A stretch of 64,000 bases of DNA from Bacillota bacterium. GTDB taxonomy: Bacteria > Bacillota > Clostridia > Acetivibrionales > JAMNYG01. Positions within the stretch are counted from its first letter, which is position 1. Every line of letters begins with the position of its first letter. The position numbers were made by a program, and so were the translations under genes. Of the stretch, positions 9,383 to 19,255 are shown piece after piece. Under the pieces are notes generated by a model. The model did not search any database and was not told the origin of the DNA. It saw nothing but the letters and a program-made list of their open reading frames with translations. Where the stretch lies: the NCBI GenBank assembly GCA_023622945.1, contig JAMNYG010000187.1, positions 3,940 to 67,939 of the forward strand, given 5' to 3'.

Positions 9383-10398
9383 AAAAAAGACATGTAGTTA
9401 TCCCTGTATTCGTTCCTCACAAAGGATGTCCCTTTGACTGCATCTACTGCAATCAGAAAAATATAAGCGGACAGCAGGAAGAAATGGATTTATCCGAGAT
9501 GAAGGATATTATTGAAAAATACTTGAGTTCAGTCGATACAAATACACATGTCGAAATAGGATTTTACGGAGGCAGTTTTACCGGAATAGACTTAAACCAG
9601 CAGATAAGCTTCCTGAAACTCGCACATGAATACATCAGGGCAGGAAAGGTTGATGGAATAAGGCTTTCTACCCGACCTGACTATATCGATGAAAAAATAC
9701 TGGATTATCTTTGGGAATATGGCGTAAAAACCATAGAGCTCGGAGTACAGAGCCTTGATGATCAGGTATTGGTGAAAAGCTGCAGGGGCCATACTTCCGA
9801 GGATGTATACAGGTCTTCAAAGCTTATAAAGAATCGGGGTTTTTCCCTCGGTATTCAAACCATGATAGGCCTGCCGGGAGATACAAGACAGAAGGATATG
9901 GAAACTGCCTTAAAGGTAGTGGAACTGCTTCCTGATGTGGTAAGGATCTATCCCACATTGGTGATAAAGGATACCTATCTGGAAAAAATGTATCTCAGCG
10001 GGAAATATAAGCCCCTTGAACTGGATGAAGCCGTCGATATATGCGCCGACCTGCTGGAAATTTATTACTCCAACGGCATAAATGTTATCAGAGTAGGCCT
10101 TCAGCCCACCGAAAACATTAATGAAAATTCCGATGTAGTTGCAGGTCCGTTTCATCCTGCTTTCAGACAGCTTGTCGAGTCAAGGCTTATGCTGAAGAAA
10201 ATCGTGGGAATGTTAAACGGAATGGACATCAAAAAGGGAACCGAACTTGAGATATATACCGGCAGCAGCAATGTATCCAATGTTGCAGGACAAAAAAGAA
10301 AAAATATTGAGTACCTTATCCAAAAATATGGTTTTTCCGAGATAAGAATCAGGAGCAATAAGGATATGGGAAATGAAATAGAAATCAGGCTTAATTAG
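9379..10398 (+). CDS. radical SAM protein (ELP3/coproporphyrinogen-oxidase-like family)
   Basis: N-terminal CPFDCIYCNQ (CxxxCxxC) in a TIM-barrel-like radical-SAM core. It overlaps the rnc stop by 4 nt. Confidence 0.75.
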   Translation: MKKRHVVIPVFVPHKGCPFDCIYCNQKNISGQQEEMDLSEMKDIIEKYLSSVDTNTHVEIGFYGGSFTGIDLNQQISFLKLAHEYIRAGKVDGIRLSTRPDYIDEKILDYLWEYGVKTIELGVQSLDDQVLVKSCRGHTSEDVYRSSKLIKNRGFSLGIQTMIGLPGDTRQKDMETALKVVELLPDVVRIYPTLVIKDTYLEKMYLSGKYKPLELDEAVDICADLLEIYYSNGINVIRVGLQPTENINENSDVVAGPFHPAFRQLVESRLMLKKIVGMLNGMDIKKGTELEIYTGSSNVSNVAGQKRKNIEYLIQKYGFSEIRIRSNKDMGNEIEIRLN

Positions 10399-10403
10399 GC
10401 GGA

Positions 10404-10592
10404 GATGTTCTTTACAAAAGATTCTGTAAAGAGTTTCTGCAAAGAGATTTTACGAAGAGATTTTACGAAGAGACTTTACAAAAAAATTTTGCAAAAAGAT
10501 TTTATAAAAAAGTTTTGCAAAAAGGTTTAAAGAAAAATTCTATAAAGAGATTCTGTAACAGGCTCTATAAAAAGATCCTACAAAAAGATAAA
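10404..10592. repeat. degenerate tandem repeat, 13-nt modal unit x~14 (ATTTTRCAAARAG)
   Basis: ...gattctgtaaagag/tttctgcaaagag/attttacgaagag/attttacgaagag/actttacaaaaaa/attttgcaaaaag/attttataaaaaag/ttttgcaaaaagg/... Two adjacent units are identical. The array fills the spacer between the radical-SAM gene and smc. Confidence 0.85.
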
Positions 10593-10659
10593 GGTTATCC
10601 CCCAGGCATAGGATTATGATGGGTGGTAACTGAAAATTAACTGCATCAGGGGTGTCGAA

Positions 10660-13600
10660 ATGTACCTGAAAAGCATTGAAATACAGGGGTTCAAATCTTT
10701 TGCAGATAAAATATACCTTGAGTTCAATCCGGGGATAACAGCTGTTGTCGGTCCTAACGGAAGCGGTAAAAGCAATATTGCTGATGCCGTCAGATGGGTT
10801 CTGGGAGAACAAAGTGTTAAAAACCTCAGGGGCGGTAAAATGGAGGATGTAATATTTGCAGGTACTGACCACAGGAAACCTCTTGGCTTTGCTGAGGTTT
10901 CAATAACCATAGATAATTCCGATAATGCACTTCCCGTCAGTTTCAGCGAGGTTACAGTTACAAGGAGGATATTCCGTTCGGGGGAGAGCGAGTATTTTAT
11001 CAATAAATCTCAATGCCGCCTTAAAGACATACATGAGCTCTTCCTTGATACAGGTATCGGCAGGGACGGTTACTCCATAATCGGCCAGGGCAGGGTGGAA
11101 GAGATTTTAAGCTCCAAATCTGAAGAAAGAAGGCATATTTTTGAAGAGGCTTCCGGCATTATGAAATACAAGCTGAGAAAGCAGGAAGCCGAAAAGAAGC
11201 TTGAGCTGACAAAGCAAAACATTTTAAGGATAAGCGATATTATTTCGGAACTGGAAAAACAGCTGGAACCTTTGAGCCGTCAGGCAGAGGATGCGAGGAA
11301 GTATCTTGCTCTCCGGGAAAGGCTGAAAGAACTTGAGGTCAATGTATATATCGAAAACATCTCAAAATACAGGAAAAAAATCCAGGAGTACCAGGATCAG
11401 TACAGTTCTCTCCAGGAGAACATGGAACAGGAAAGAAACAAGCTTGAAAGGATAACACAGGAAAACAAGGAGAAGACGGATCTTCTTAAGAACCTTGAGG
11501 AAAGGCTCGTTGCATCAAGACAGGAATTTTTCGGCCTTGAGCAAAGGCTTGAACAGATTGGATCCCAAATAAAGCTTAATGAAGAAAAAGTAAACAACCT
11601 GACACAAAATATATCAAGGATAGATGCGGAAATACAGGAGACGTGTGCAAAGCTGAACAATCTGGAAAAGGACAAGAGAACAAAGGATGAACGCATCAAA
11701 TACCTCAATGAAAGGTATGAGGATTATTCATCCAGATTAAATGAATACCAGGAACAGTTAAACCAGGTACTCGCATCCATGGACCAGACTTCAAGGCATA
11801 TTGAAGAACTGAAGTCCGGCATTATGGACAAGCTTGACATACTTTCGGATAAAAAGGCACAGATGGGAAATGTAAAGCTTGTCATAGATAATTTGAGGAA
11901 AAGACAAAATCAACTGGCAACCGAAATATACAACCTTGGCATTGAAAAAGACCGGGAAGCCATGAAAAAAGAGGATCTGACAGAATCCATACGCCAGGCG
12001 GGGGAAGTCATACGCCTGACCCAGGAAAGGCTGGATGCCCTGGAAAAGGAAAAGAATGAGCTGGAAGTCATTTCAAAGGATCTGAATGAAAAGCTTAATC
12101 ATGTTAAATCAGAGATTCATGTAAAATCATCAAGGATAAAAATGCTCCAGGATATGGAAAGAAACCTGGAGGGTTATAACAGAAGCGTAAAAATGATCCT
12201 TCAGGCATGCCACAGATTCCCTGAGCTTGCAAAGGGTATACATGGTGCTCTGGCCCAGGTTATTTCGGTGGACAAAAAATACGAAGTTGCCATTGAAATG
12301 TCCCTCGGAAGCGCTTTGCAGAATATAGTAACCACCACCGAAGAAGATGCCAAAAATGCCATTGAGTATCTTAAAAAGAACAAGCTCGGGCGGGCAACTT
12401 TTCTACCCATAAGTTCGGTAAAGGGAAGATACATGGAAAGCCGGCTCCTGGATGAAATAAAGAAACATCCCGGTTTTTGCGGTGTCGCCTCCGACCTTGT
12501 GAAGTATAAAGAGGAGTACAAAGGGATAATTCTGAGCCTGCTTGGCAGGGTGGCTGTTGTTGAAAACCTGGATGCGGGAATAGAGATGGCCAGAAAGTTT
12601 GGATATGGGTTCAGAATAGTAACCCTGGAAGGAGAAATATTAAATACCGGTGGCTCAATATCGGGCGGAAGCACCGAAAACCGGGAGCATGGGATACTGA
12701 GCAGAAACCGTGAGATTTCAGAGCTTAAGGAAGAACTGAAGGAACAGGTTTTACGGCAGGAGTCTCTTGAAAACAGGCTGAATGAAATTTCCGGGGCTCT
12801 TAAAGATATAGAGGCTGAAATAGCAGAAACCCAAAGCTCAAAAAGGGAAACAGAGCTTGAAAAAATCCGCCGGGAAAGCCAGCTTGCCCAGGTGGAAGAC
12901 AATATTAAAAGAATATCATCAAGGGCCGAAATGTTAAAGCAGGAAAGGTTGCAGCTCCAAAGACAGGAAGAAGAAACAGAGACGGAACTTAAAAAGTACA
13001 CGGAAGAGATTTCCACATTGGAAGCTGACATTGAAACAACCAAGCGGGTTGTGTCCGAGTACCAGGAAAAAAATAAAGAAGTCCAAACGGTACGGGATTC
13101 CTTGCACAGAGATATAACAGACTTCAGAATATCGGTAAATTCTATACTTGAAAGTCTAAGCAGCGTAAAAGAATCTCTTGACAGGATAAATTCCGAGATG
13201 GATGCATGCATAAACGCTGTCAATAAAAAACAACAGGAGAAAACCAGGTGTCTTGTGGAAATTCAGTCACTGAAAGAGAAAACCGAGGGACTTAAGAATG
13301 AAATAAAAAGCATAAATACGGCCAAATCAGGCAAGACTTTTGAAATTGACCGCATAACAGAAGAGAAGAAAGTCCTGGAGGAGGAACTTTCAAGTATAGT
13401 TGATATCATTAAGGATATCAATAAAAACATAATGCTTTACCAGGAAGAGAGCAGCAGGATTGAAGTAATGAAGGCAAGGCTTGAAACTGAAATGGAGTCT
13501 GTACAAAACAGGATGTGGGACGAATATGAGCTTACATATACCAATGCATTGCAGCTTAAAAAAGACATAGGAAGCATTACGCAGGCTCAGAAAAAGATCA

Positions 13601-14232
13601 ATGAACTGAGAAATGAAATCAAAAGCCTCGGTCATGTTAATGTTTCAGCCATAGACGAGTATGTAAAAACCAAGGAACGTTATGAGTTTATGAAGCTTCA
13701 GCTTGATGATATGAAGCAGGCTGAAGAAAAGCTTTACAGGGTTATTGCAGAGATTACCTCAACCATGAAGCAGCAGTTTATTAAACAGTTCAGTCTTATC
13801 AATGAAAATTTCAACATGGTTTTCAGGGAGCTTTTTGACGGAGGGCATGCAGAGCTTATATTATCAGATAAGGATAACGTCCTTGAAAGCGGTATTGAAA
13901 TAGAAGTTCAGCCTCCCGGCAAAAAACTCCAGAATATGATGCTGCTTTCAGGCGGTGAAAAGGCACTGACAGCAATAGCTTTGCTGTTTGCCATACTGAG
14001 GCTGAAACCCGTTCCCTTCTGCATACTGGATGAAATAGAAGCAGCCCTGGATGATGCCAACGTCCAGAGATTTGCAAGTTACATTAAAAAGTATTCAAAG
14101 GACACACAGTTTATAATAGTTACCCATAGGAAAGGGACCATGGAGGTGTCGGACGCATTATACGGAGTTACCATGGAGGAACGAGGGATATCAAGAATAG
14201 TTTCCATGAAGCTGAATGAACAGGCAAGCTGA
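10660..14232 (+). CDS. smc: chromosome segregation protein SMC
   Basis: 1190 aa. Walker A GPNGSGKSN, long E/K/L-rich coiled coils, a central hinge, and C-terminal LSGGEKALTAIALLFA plus Walker B ILDEIEAALD. Confidence 0.95.
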   Translation: MYLKSIEIQGFKSFADKIYLEFNPGITAVVGPNGSGKSNIADAVRWVLGEQSVKNLRGGKMEDVIFAGTDHRKPLGFAEVSITIDNSDNALPVSFSEVTVTRRIFRSGESEYFINKSQCRLKDIHELFLDTGIGRDGYSIIGQGRVEEILSSKSEERRHIFEEASGIMKYKLRKQEAEKKLELTKQNILRISDIISELEKQLEPLSRQAEDARKYLALRERLKELEVNVYIENISKYRKKIQEYQDQYSSLQENMEQERNKLERITQENKEKTDLLKNLEERLVASRQEFFGLEQRLEQIGSQIKLNEEKVNNLTQNISRIDAEIQETCAKLNNLEKDKRTKDERIKYLNERYEDYSSRLNEYQEQLNQVLASMDQTSRHIEELKSGIMDKLDILSDKKAQMGNVKLVIDNLRKRQNQLATEIYNLGIEKDREAMKKEDLTESIRQAGEVIRLTQERLDALEKEKNELEVISKDLNEKLNHVKSEIHVKSSRIKMLQDMERNLEGYNRSVKMILQACHRFPELAKGIHGALAQVISVDKKYEVAIEMSLGSALQNIVTTTEEDAKNAIEYLKKNKLGRATFLPISSVKGRYMESRLLDEIKKHPGFCGVASDLVKYKEEYKGIILSLLGRVAVVENLDAGIEMARKFGYGFRIVTLEGEILNTGGSISGGSTENREHGILSRNREISELKEELKEQVLRQESLENRLNEISGALKDIEAEIAETQSSKRETELEKIRRESQLAQVEDNIKRISSRAEMLKQERLQLQRQEEETETELKKYTEEISTLEADIETTKRVVSEYQEKNKEVQTVRDSLHRDITDFRISVNSILESLSSVKESLDRINSEMDACINAVNKKQQEKTRCLVEIQSLKEKTEGLKNEIKSINTAKSGKTFEIDRITEEKKVLEEELSSIVDIIKDINKNIMLYQEESSRIEVMKARLETEMESVQNRMWDEYELTYTNALQLKKDIGSITQAQKKINELRNEIKSLGHVNVSAIDEYVKTKERYEFMKLQLDDMKQAEEKLYRVIAEITSTMKQQFIKQFSLINENFNMVFRELFDGGHAELILSDKDNVLESGIEIEVQPPGKKLQNMMLLSGGEKALTAIALLFAILRLKPVPFCILDEIEAALDDANVQRFASYIKKYSKDTQFIIVTHRKGTMEVSDALYGVTMEERGISRIVSMKLNEQAS

Positions 14233-14264
14233 TGCAAAACAAATATTTTAGATGGAGGTTTCAA

Positions 14265-15173
14265 ATGGGATTTTTTGATAAACTGAAAGAAGGACTGTCA
14301 AAAACCAGAAGAGGAATCACCGAAAAAGTTGAACAGGTTCTGGTATCATTTGGGAAAATTGATGAGGAGCTTTTTGAAGAGCTTGAGGAAATCCTTATAG
14401 CAGGGGATGTAGGGATGGAGACAACCATCCGGATAACCGAAGATCTCAGGAAAAAGGTAAAAGAAAGAAAGATAGTTGATCCCAAAGAAATCAAAAATCT
14501 TTTAAAGGAATCCATCATCGGGATACTGAAGGATGACGACACCGATCTTAACACCATCACAAAACCGTCAGTCATTATGGTTATAGGTGTGAACGGAGTA
14601 GGGAAGACCACTTCCATAGGTAAGATTGCCCATATGTATAAACAGCAGGGCAAAAAGGTCATTTTGGCAGCGGGTGATACCTTCAGGGCTGCGGCCATAG
14701 ATCAACTGGAAATCTGGGCCGACAGGGTGGGAGTGGATATCATAAAGCACTCCGAAGGCTCTGATCCGGCTGCGGTAATATATGATGCGGTTCAGGCTGC
14801 CAAATCCCGCAAGGCCGACATACTCATATGCGATACCGCGGGCAGGCTTCACACAAAGAAAAACCTCATGGAGGAACTCAGGAAAATGTCGAAGGTGATC
14901 GACAGGGAACTGCCGGGAGCAAGCCGCGAGACACTGCTTGTCCTTGATGCTACAACAGGGCAGAATGCCATTTCACAGGCAAGGACATTTAACGAGATCG
15001 CAGACATAACAGGAATAGTCCTTACAAAGCTTGACGGTACCGCTAAAGGCGGCATAGTCATCGCCATTAAATCCGAACTGGATATACCTGTGAAACTTAT
15101 AGGGGTAGGAGAAAAGATGGATGATCTGCAAAGATTCGACGCCAAAGAATTCGTGGAAGCGCTGTTTGCGTAA
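14265..15173 (+). CDS. ftsY: signal recognition particle receptor FtsY
   Basis: SRP-GTPase motifs GVNGVGKTT, DTAGR, TKLDGTAKGG. The ATG at 14265 (MGFFDKLKEGL) after GGAGG is preferred over 14232. Confidence 0.95.
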   Translation: MGFFDKLKEGLSKTRRGITEKVEQVLVSFGKIDEELFEELEEILIAGDVGMETTIRITEDLRKKVKERKIVDPKEIKNLLKESIIGILKDDDTDLNTITKPSVIMVIGVNGVGKTTSIGKIAHMYKQQGKKVILAAGDTFRAAAIDQLEIWADRVGVDIIKHSEGSDPAAVIYDAVQAAKSRKADILICDTAGRLHTKKNLMEELRKMSKVIDRELPGASRETLLVLDATTGQNAISQARTFNEIADITGIVLTKLDGTAKGGIVIAIKSELDIPVKLIGVGEKMDDLQRFDAKEFVEALFA

Positions 15174-15227
15174 TCATAACCGGGTCGGGTCAATAACATG
15201 GTTACAATAACCCCCTAAATAAAAATA

Positions 15228-15256
15228 TTGACAGATGCCGTATATTTATATAAAAT
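15228..15256 (+). promoter_or_regulatory. candidate sigma-A promoter for ylxM-ffh
   Basis: TTGACA (15228-15233), 17-nt spacer, TAAAAT (15251-15256). A 9-bp inverted repeat follows immediately (15260-15283). Confidence 0.5.
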
Positions 15257-15294
15257 AAGGTGTAAAGTATTTTTACTTTACACTGGTGATTGGT

Positions 15295-15651
15295 ATGGAA
15301 GATATATATGAGATAAGCATGCTCCTGGACTTTTACGGACAGCTGCTTACCAGGAGGCAGTATGAAATACTGGACCTGCACTATAACAATGATTATTCCC
15401 TCGGGGAGATTTCAGAACTTCTGGGTATAAGCAGACAGGGTGTCCATGATACCGTAAAAAGAGCAAAGGCTTCCCTTTACGAGCTGGAAAAAAAACTGGG
15501 CCTTGTAAAAAGATTTTCTGAACAGAAAGCAAGGACCAGGAAACTGTATGAGTACTTCAAACAAATAGAAAAGGAAAGCCTAAGCCCAACCAATCGCGAA
15601 TTACTGGAAAAAATCGAAAGCTGTTTCATGGATATGACAGAAAGCCTGTAA
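15295..15651 (+). CDS. ylxM: YlxM/UPF0122 putative DNA-binding protein of the SRP operon
   Basis: LLDFYGQLLTRRQYEILDLHYNNDYSLGEISE (sigma-70 region-4-like HTH). Conserved position directly upstream of ffh. Confidence 0.8.
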   Translation: MEDIYEISMLLDFYGQLLTRRQYEILDLHYNNDYSLGEISELLGISRQGVHDTVKRAKASLYELEKKLGLVKRFSEQKARTRKLYEYFKQIEKESLSPTNRELLEKIESCFMDMTESL

Positions 15652-15755
15652 AGGTAAATCCTGATAAATTAGGTGAAGATATATTATGTGAGGATATAGC
15701 AGGTGAAGATATAGCAGGTAAAGATTTGGATAAAGATATGGCAGATTCAGTGATG
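15651..15755. repeat. degenerate tandem repeat, ~15-nt unit (AGGTGAAGATATAGC) x~6
   Basis: aggtaaatcctgataaatt/aggtgaagatatattatgtg/aggatatagc/aggtgaagatatagc/aggtaaagatttgg/ataaagatatggc. The array begins at the ylxM stop codon. Confidence 0.65.
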
Positions 15756-15788
15756 TTTTAACCCATTTCCGAAAGGATGAACGATATT

Positions 15789-17132
15789 ATGCCCTTGTTT
15801 GAAGGTTTATCGGGCAAGCTTCAGGAGACCATAAGGAAGCTGCGCGGAAAAGGCAGGGTAACTGAAAAAGACGTAAAAGAAATGATGAGAGAGATCAGGC
15901 TTGCTCTTTTGGAAGCAGATGTCAACTTCAAGGTTGTAAAAGATTTTATATCCAAGGTTTCCGAAAGAGCGGTAGGGCAGGACGTGCTTGAAAGCCTGAC
16001 CCCGGGACAGCAGGTTATAAAAATTGTGCATGAAGAACTTATCCAGCTCCTGGGCGGGGTTCCAAGCAAACTTACATTAGCATCCAAACCTCCTACAGTG
16101 TATATGCTGGTTGGGTTGCAGGGTTCCGGTAAGACCACAACTGCAGGCAAGCTGGCCAATATGATGAGAAAACAGGGGAAACGTCCGCTTCTGGTGGCAT
16201 GTGACATATACAGGCCTGCAGCCATAAAACAGCTCCAGGTGGTAGGCGGTCAGCTTGGTGTGCCCGTATTTTCCATAGGTGACAGGGTAAATCCGGTGGA
16301 CATTGCCAAGGCAGCCATTGAACATGCAAAAGCTAACCAGAATGACCTGGTGATAATAGATACAGCCGGAAGGCTTCACATTGATGAAGAGCTCATGGAG
16401 GAACTTGCCAACATAAGAAATGCTGTAAAGCCTCATGAAATACTGCTGGTTGTAGATGCCATGACAGGTCAGGATGCGGTAAACGTAGCCGAAAGCTTCA
16501 ATGAAAAACTGGGCATAGACGGCATAATAATGACAAAGCTTGACGGCGATACAAGAGGCGGCGCAGCTCTTTCGGTAAAGAGCGTCACGGGCAAACCCAT
16601 CAAACTTGCCGGAATGGGTGAGAAGCTGAGCGAATTTGAAGTCTTTTATCCCGACAGAATGGCATCAAGAATACTGGGCATGGGTGATGTGCTGAGCCTT
16701 ATAGAAAAAGCCCAGGAATCCTTTGATGAGAAGAAGGCACAGGAACTTGAAAAGAAAATACGCATGCAGCAGTTTACCCTTGACGATTTTCTTGAGCAGA
16801 TGCAGCAGCTCAGGAAAATGGGCCCGCTGGAACAGGTTTTAAGCATGATTCCGGGAATGAACAACAAACTCCTTCAGAATATAGAAGTGGACGAGAAGAG
16901 GCTGGCACAAACCGAAGCAATAATAAAGTCAATGACAAAACAGGAAAGGGCCAACCCTTCGATAATTAATGCAAGCAGGCGAAGAAGGATCGCTGCCGGC
17001 AGCGGTACAACAATACAGCAGGTAAACAAGCTTTTGAAGGACTTTGAAGAGATGAGAAAAATGTTCAAGATGTTTTCAGAAATGGGTAAGAAAAATAAGA
17101 AAGGATTTGGCAAATTCCGCCTGCCGTTTTAG
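15789..17132 (+). CDS. ffh: signal recognition particle protein Ffh
   Basis: MPLFEGLSGKLQ N-terminus, GLQGSGKTT, DTAGR, TKLDGDTRGG, and a Met-rich M domain. The ATG at 15789 is preferred over 15777. Confidence 0.95.
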   Translation: MPLFEGLSGKLQETIRKLRGKGRVTEKDVKEMMREIRLALLEADVNFKVVKDFISKVSERAVGQDVLESLTPGQQVIKIVHEELIQLLGGVPSKLTLASKPPTVYMLVGLQGSGKTTTAGKLANMMRKQGKRPLLVACDIYRPAAIKQLQVVGGQLGVPVFSIGDRVNPVDIAKAAIEHAKANQNDLVIIDTAGRLHIDEELMEELANIRNAVKPHEILLVVDAMTGQDAVNVAESFNEKLGIDGIIMTKLDGDTRGGAALSVKSVTGKPIKLAGMGEKLSEFEVFYPDRMASRILGMGDVLSLIEKAQESFDEKKAQELEKKIRMQQFTLDDFLEQMQQLRKMGPLEQVLSMIPGMNNKLLQNIEVDEKRLAQTEAIIKSMTKQERANPSIINASRRRRIAAGSGTTIQQVNKLLKDFEEMRKMFKMFSEMGKKNKKGFGKFRLPF

Positions 17133-17219
17133 GCGTATAGCCTGACCAAAGCAGGCAGGTTTTGATAAATTTAACACTGCAGTTGAAAAAGGATATGACT
17201 TTCGCAAGGAGGTGATAAA

Positions 17220-17465
17220 ATGGCTGTAAAAATCAGATTAAGAAGGATAGGTGCAAAAAAGAATCCTCATTACAGAGTAGTGGTTGCTGATTCTAGATTT
17301 CCCAGAGACGGAAGGTTTATAGAGGAAATAGGTACTTACAACCCTACCGCTGAACCCGCACAATTCAATATAGATGTGGAAAAGGCAACTAAGTGGCTGA
17401 AAAATGGGGCTCAACCCACAGACACCGTGAGAGCCCTTCTGAAGAAAGCTGGTGTTATACAGTAA
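17220..17465 (+). CDS. rpsP: 30S ribosomal protein S16
   Basis: [26 protein letters not shown], with an AAGGAGGTG RBS. Confidence 0.95.
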   Translation: MAVKIRLRRIGAKKNPHYRVVVADSRFPRDGRFIEEIGTYNPTAEPAQFNIDVEKATKWLKNGAQPTDTVRALLKKAGVIQ

Positions 17466-17530
17466 ACAGTTACCCAGCAGACAGTTATTCCACCAGACAT
17501 AAATGAGATATTTCTCCGGGAGGTATAAAA

Positions 17531-17758
17531 ATGAAGGAACTTCTCGAAACCATTGCCAAAGCACTTGTTGATTATCCCGATGAAGTCTCCGTCAATGAAG
17601 TTGAAGGAGAAAATTCCATGATACTTGAACTTAAGGTATCCAAAGAAGACATGGGAAAGGTCATCGGAAAACAAGGCAGGATTGCAAAGGCAATCAGAGT
17701 TTTGATGAAAGCTGCGGCAGTTAAGGAGAATAAGAGAGTAGTCGTAGAGATTATCTAA
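17531..17758 (+). CDS. KH-domain RNA-binding protein (YlqC/KhpA family)
   Basis: 75 aa with the KH GXXG loop VIGKQGRIAKAIR. Conserved rpsP-KH-rimM-trmD synteny. Confidence 0.8.
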   Translation: MKELLETIAKALVDYPDEVSVNEVEGENSMILELKVSKEDMGKVIGKQGRIAKAIRVLMKAAAVKENKRVVVEII

Positions 17759-17792
17759 TATGAAATTATATACTGAAAAGAGATTAAATAAT

Positions 17793-17818
17793 AAAAAGGC
17801 GTTTACCGCCTTTTTATT
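17793..17818 (+). terminator. rho-independent terminator after the KH-domain gene
   Basis: aaaaaGGCGtttacCGCCtttttatt. Confidence 0.7.
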
Positions 17819-17836
17819 ATAATTTGCGGCATTTTT

Positions 17837-17880
17837 TATTGTATTTCTTATTATAGCTATTGTATTTCTTATTATATAGC
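17837..17880. repeat. near-perfect direct duplication, 21-23 nt x2 (TATTGTATTTCTTATTATAGC)
   Basis: tattgtatttcttattatagc / tattgtatttcttattatatagc. Confidence 0.8.
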
Positions 17881-17973
17881 TAAAGCACTTTTTCATTATG
17901 TTTAAGGCGTTTTTATATAGTCAGGTATTTCTCATTATTATCACGGTATTTTATATTTGGTGGTGTCCAGGCT

Positions 17974-18489
17974 ATGTATCAGTATCTGCAGGTAGGGAAA
18001 ATACTCACTACCCATGGAGTTCGGGGAGAAGTTAAAGTAATGCCCCTTACCGATGATCCAAAGAGGTTTGACAGGCTTAAATGGGTTTACATAGAAAGGG
18101 ACGGGGATCAGAAAAGATATGACATTGAGAGGGTAAGATACCATAAAAACTCGGTAATCGTCAAATTTAAAGGGATAGATGATATGAATGCTGCAGAGGC
18201 TTTAAAAGACCTCTTCCTCGAAGTGGACAGGCGAAACGCCGTAAAATTGCCCAAAGACACGTTCTTCATATGCGATATTATCGGCTGTGAAGTATACGAT
18301 TCCATGAGAGGCAGGCTGGGCACGGTGAAAAATGTTTTGAGCACCGGAAGCAATGATGTATACGTTGTGGAAGCGGAAGACAAAAAAGAAATACTTATAC
18401 CTGCCTTAAAAAGCGTTGTAACAAGCGTAAACATTGAAGAAAGAAAGATTACCGTAATTCTTCCTGAAGGCTTGCTAGATGACGAATAG
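17974..18489 (+). CDS. rimM: 16S rRNA processing protein RimM
   Basis: GKILTTHGVRGEVKV N-terminal PRC-barrel family signature. Synteny with trmD. Confidence 0.9.
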   Translation: MYQYLQVGKILTTHGVRGEVKVMPLTDDPKRFDRLKWVYIERDGDQKRYDIERVRYHKNSVIVKFKGIDDMNAAEALKDLFLEVDRRNAVKLPKDTFFICDIIGCEVYDSMRGRLGTVKNVLSTGSNDVYVVEAEDKKEILIPALKSVVTSVNIEERKITVILPEGLLDDE

Positions 18490-18514
18490 TACCGTCAGCA
18501 CTGGAGGTTTGCAA

Positions 18515-19255
18515 ATGCTTAGATTTGACGTTTTAACCCTTTTTCCTGAGCTTTTCAGGGTGGTGATGGGTGAAAGCATAATAGGCAGGGCTCAAAAGAA
18601 AGGGATAATTGAAATAAACCCGGTCAACATACGTGACTTCTCCACCGACAAACACAGAAAAGTGGATGATTATCCTTACGGCGGGGGAAAAGGGATGGTC
18701 ATGATGGCTCAGCCTATATACGACGCTTATCTTCACCTCATCAAGAGTCTGGATTATAAACCAAGGGTAATCTACATGTCACCCCAGGGAAAGGTTCTTA
18801 CTCAGGAAAAAGCAATAGAGCTGGCTTCTTATAATCATATAATCCTTCTTTGCGGTCATTATGAAGGAGTGGATGAAAGGGTACTGGAAGAAATAGTTGA
18901 TGAAGAAATATCCATCGGGGACTATGTTCTTACAGGAGGAGAACTCCCGGCCATGGTCCTCATTGATTGCGTAAGCAGGCTGGTGCCCGGTGTCCTTTCC
19001 GATGAAAACTCCTTTAAGGAAGATTCATTATACGATGGCCTTTTAGAGTATCCCCAGTATACACGACCTTACATTTTTAATGAAAAGAAAGTTCCTGACG
19101 TCTTATTGTCAGGACATCATGCCAAAATAGAAAGATGGAGAAAACTTCAGTCCATAGTAAGGACCTATTATAAACGGCCCGAACTTCTTAAAGACAGAAA
19201 TATTTCACCTGAAGACATAAGGAGTTTTGAAGAAGAGCTCAGGAATATGGAATAA
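18515..19255 (+). CDS. trmD: tRNA (guanine37-N1)-methyltransferase TrmD
   Basis: MLRFDVLTLFPE N-terminus, GHYEGVDERV, LTGGELPAMV. The ATG at 18515 is preferred over the track start at 18479. Confidence 0.95.
   Translation: MLRFDVLTLFPELFRVVMGESIIGRAQKKGIIEINPVNIRDFSTDKHRKVDDYPYGGGKGMVMMAQPIYDAYLHLIKSLDYKPRVIYMSPQGKVLTQEKAIELASYNHIILLCGHYEGVDERVLEEIVDEEISIGDYVLTGGELPAMVLIDCVSRLVPGVLSDENSFKEDSLYDGLLEYPQYTRPYIFNEKKVPDVLLSGHHAKIERWRKLQSIVRTYYKRPELLKDRNISPEDIRSFEEELRNME

Noticed and set aside
10404-10592. Could the intergenic arrays be CRISPR arrays or MITE/REP elements?
   Set aside because: The units abut directly with no unique spacers, and they are far shorter and more degenerate than CRISPR repeats. 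There are no cas genes. The units are not palindromic and are not shared between loci, so they are not REP/MITE families.
12201-13223. 340-aa minus-strand ORF inside smc
   Set aside because: It is a Ser/Leu/Phe-rich mirror image of the E/K/L-rich coiled-coil codons of SMC, a typical antisense artefact of repetitive codon usage. It has no start context.
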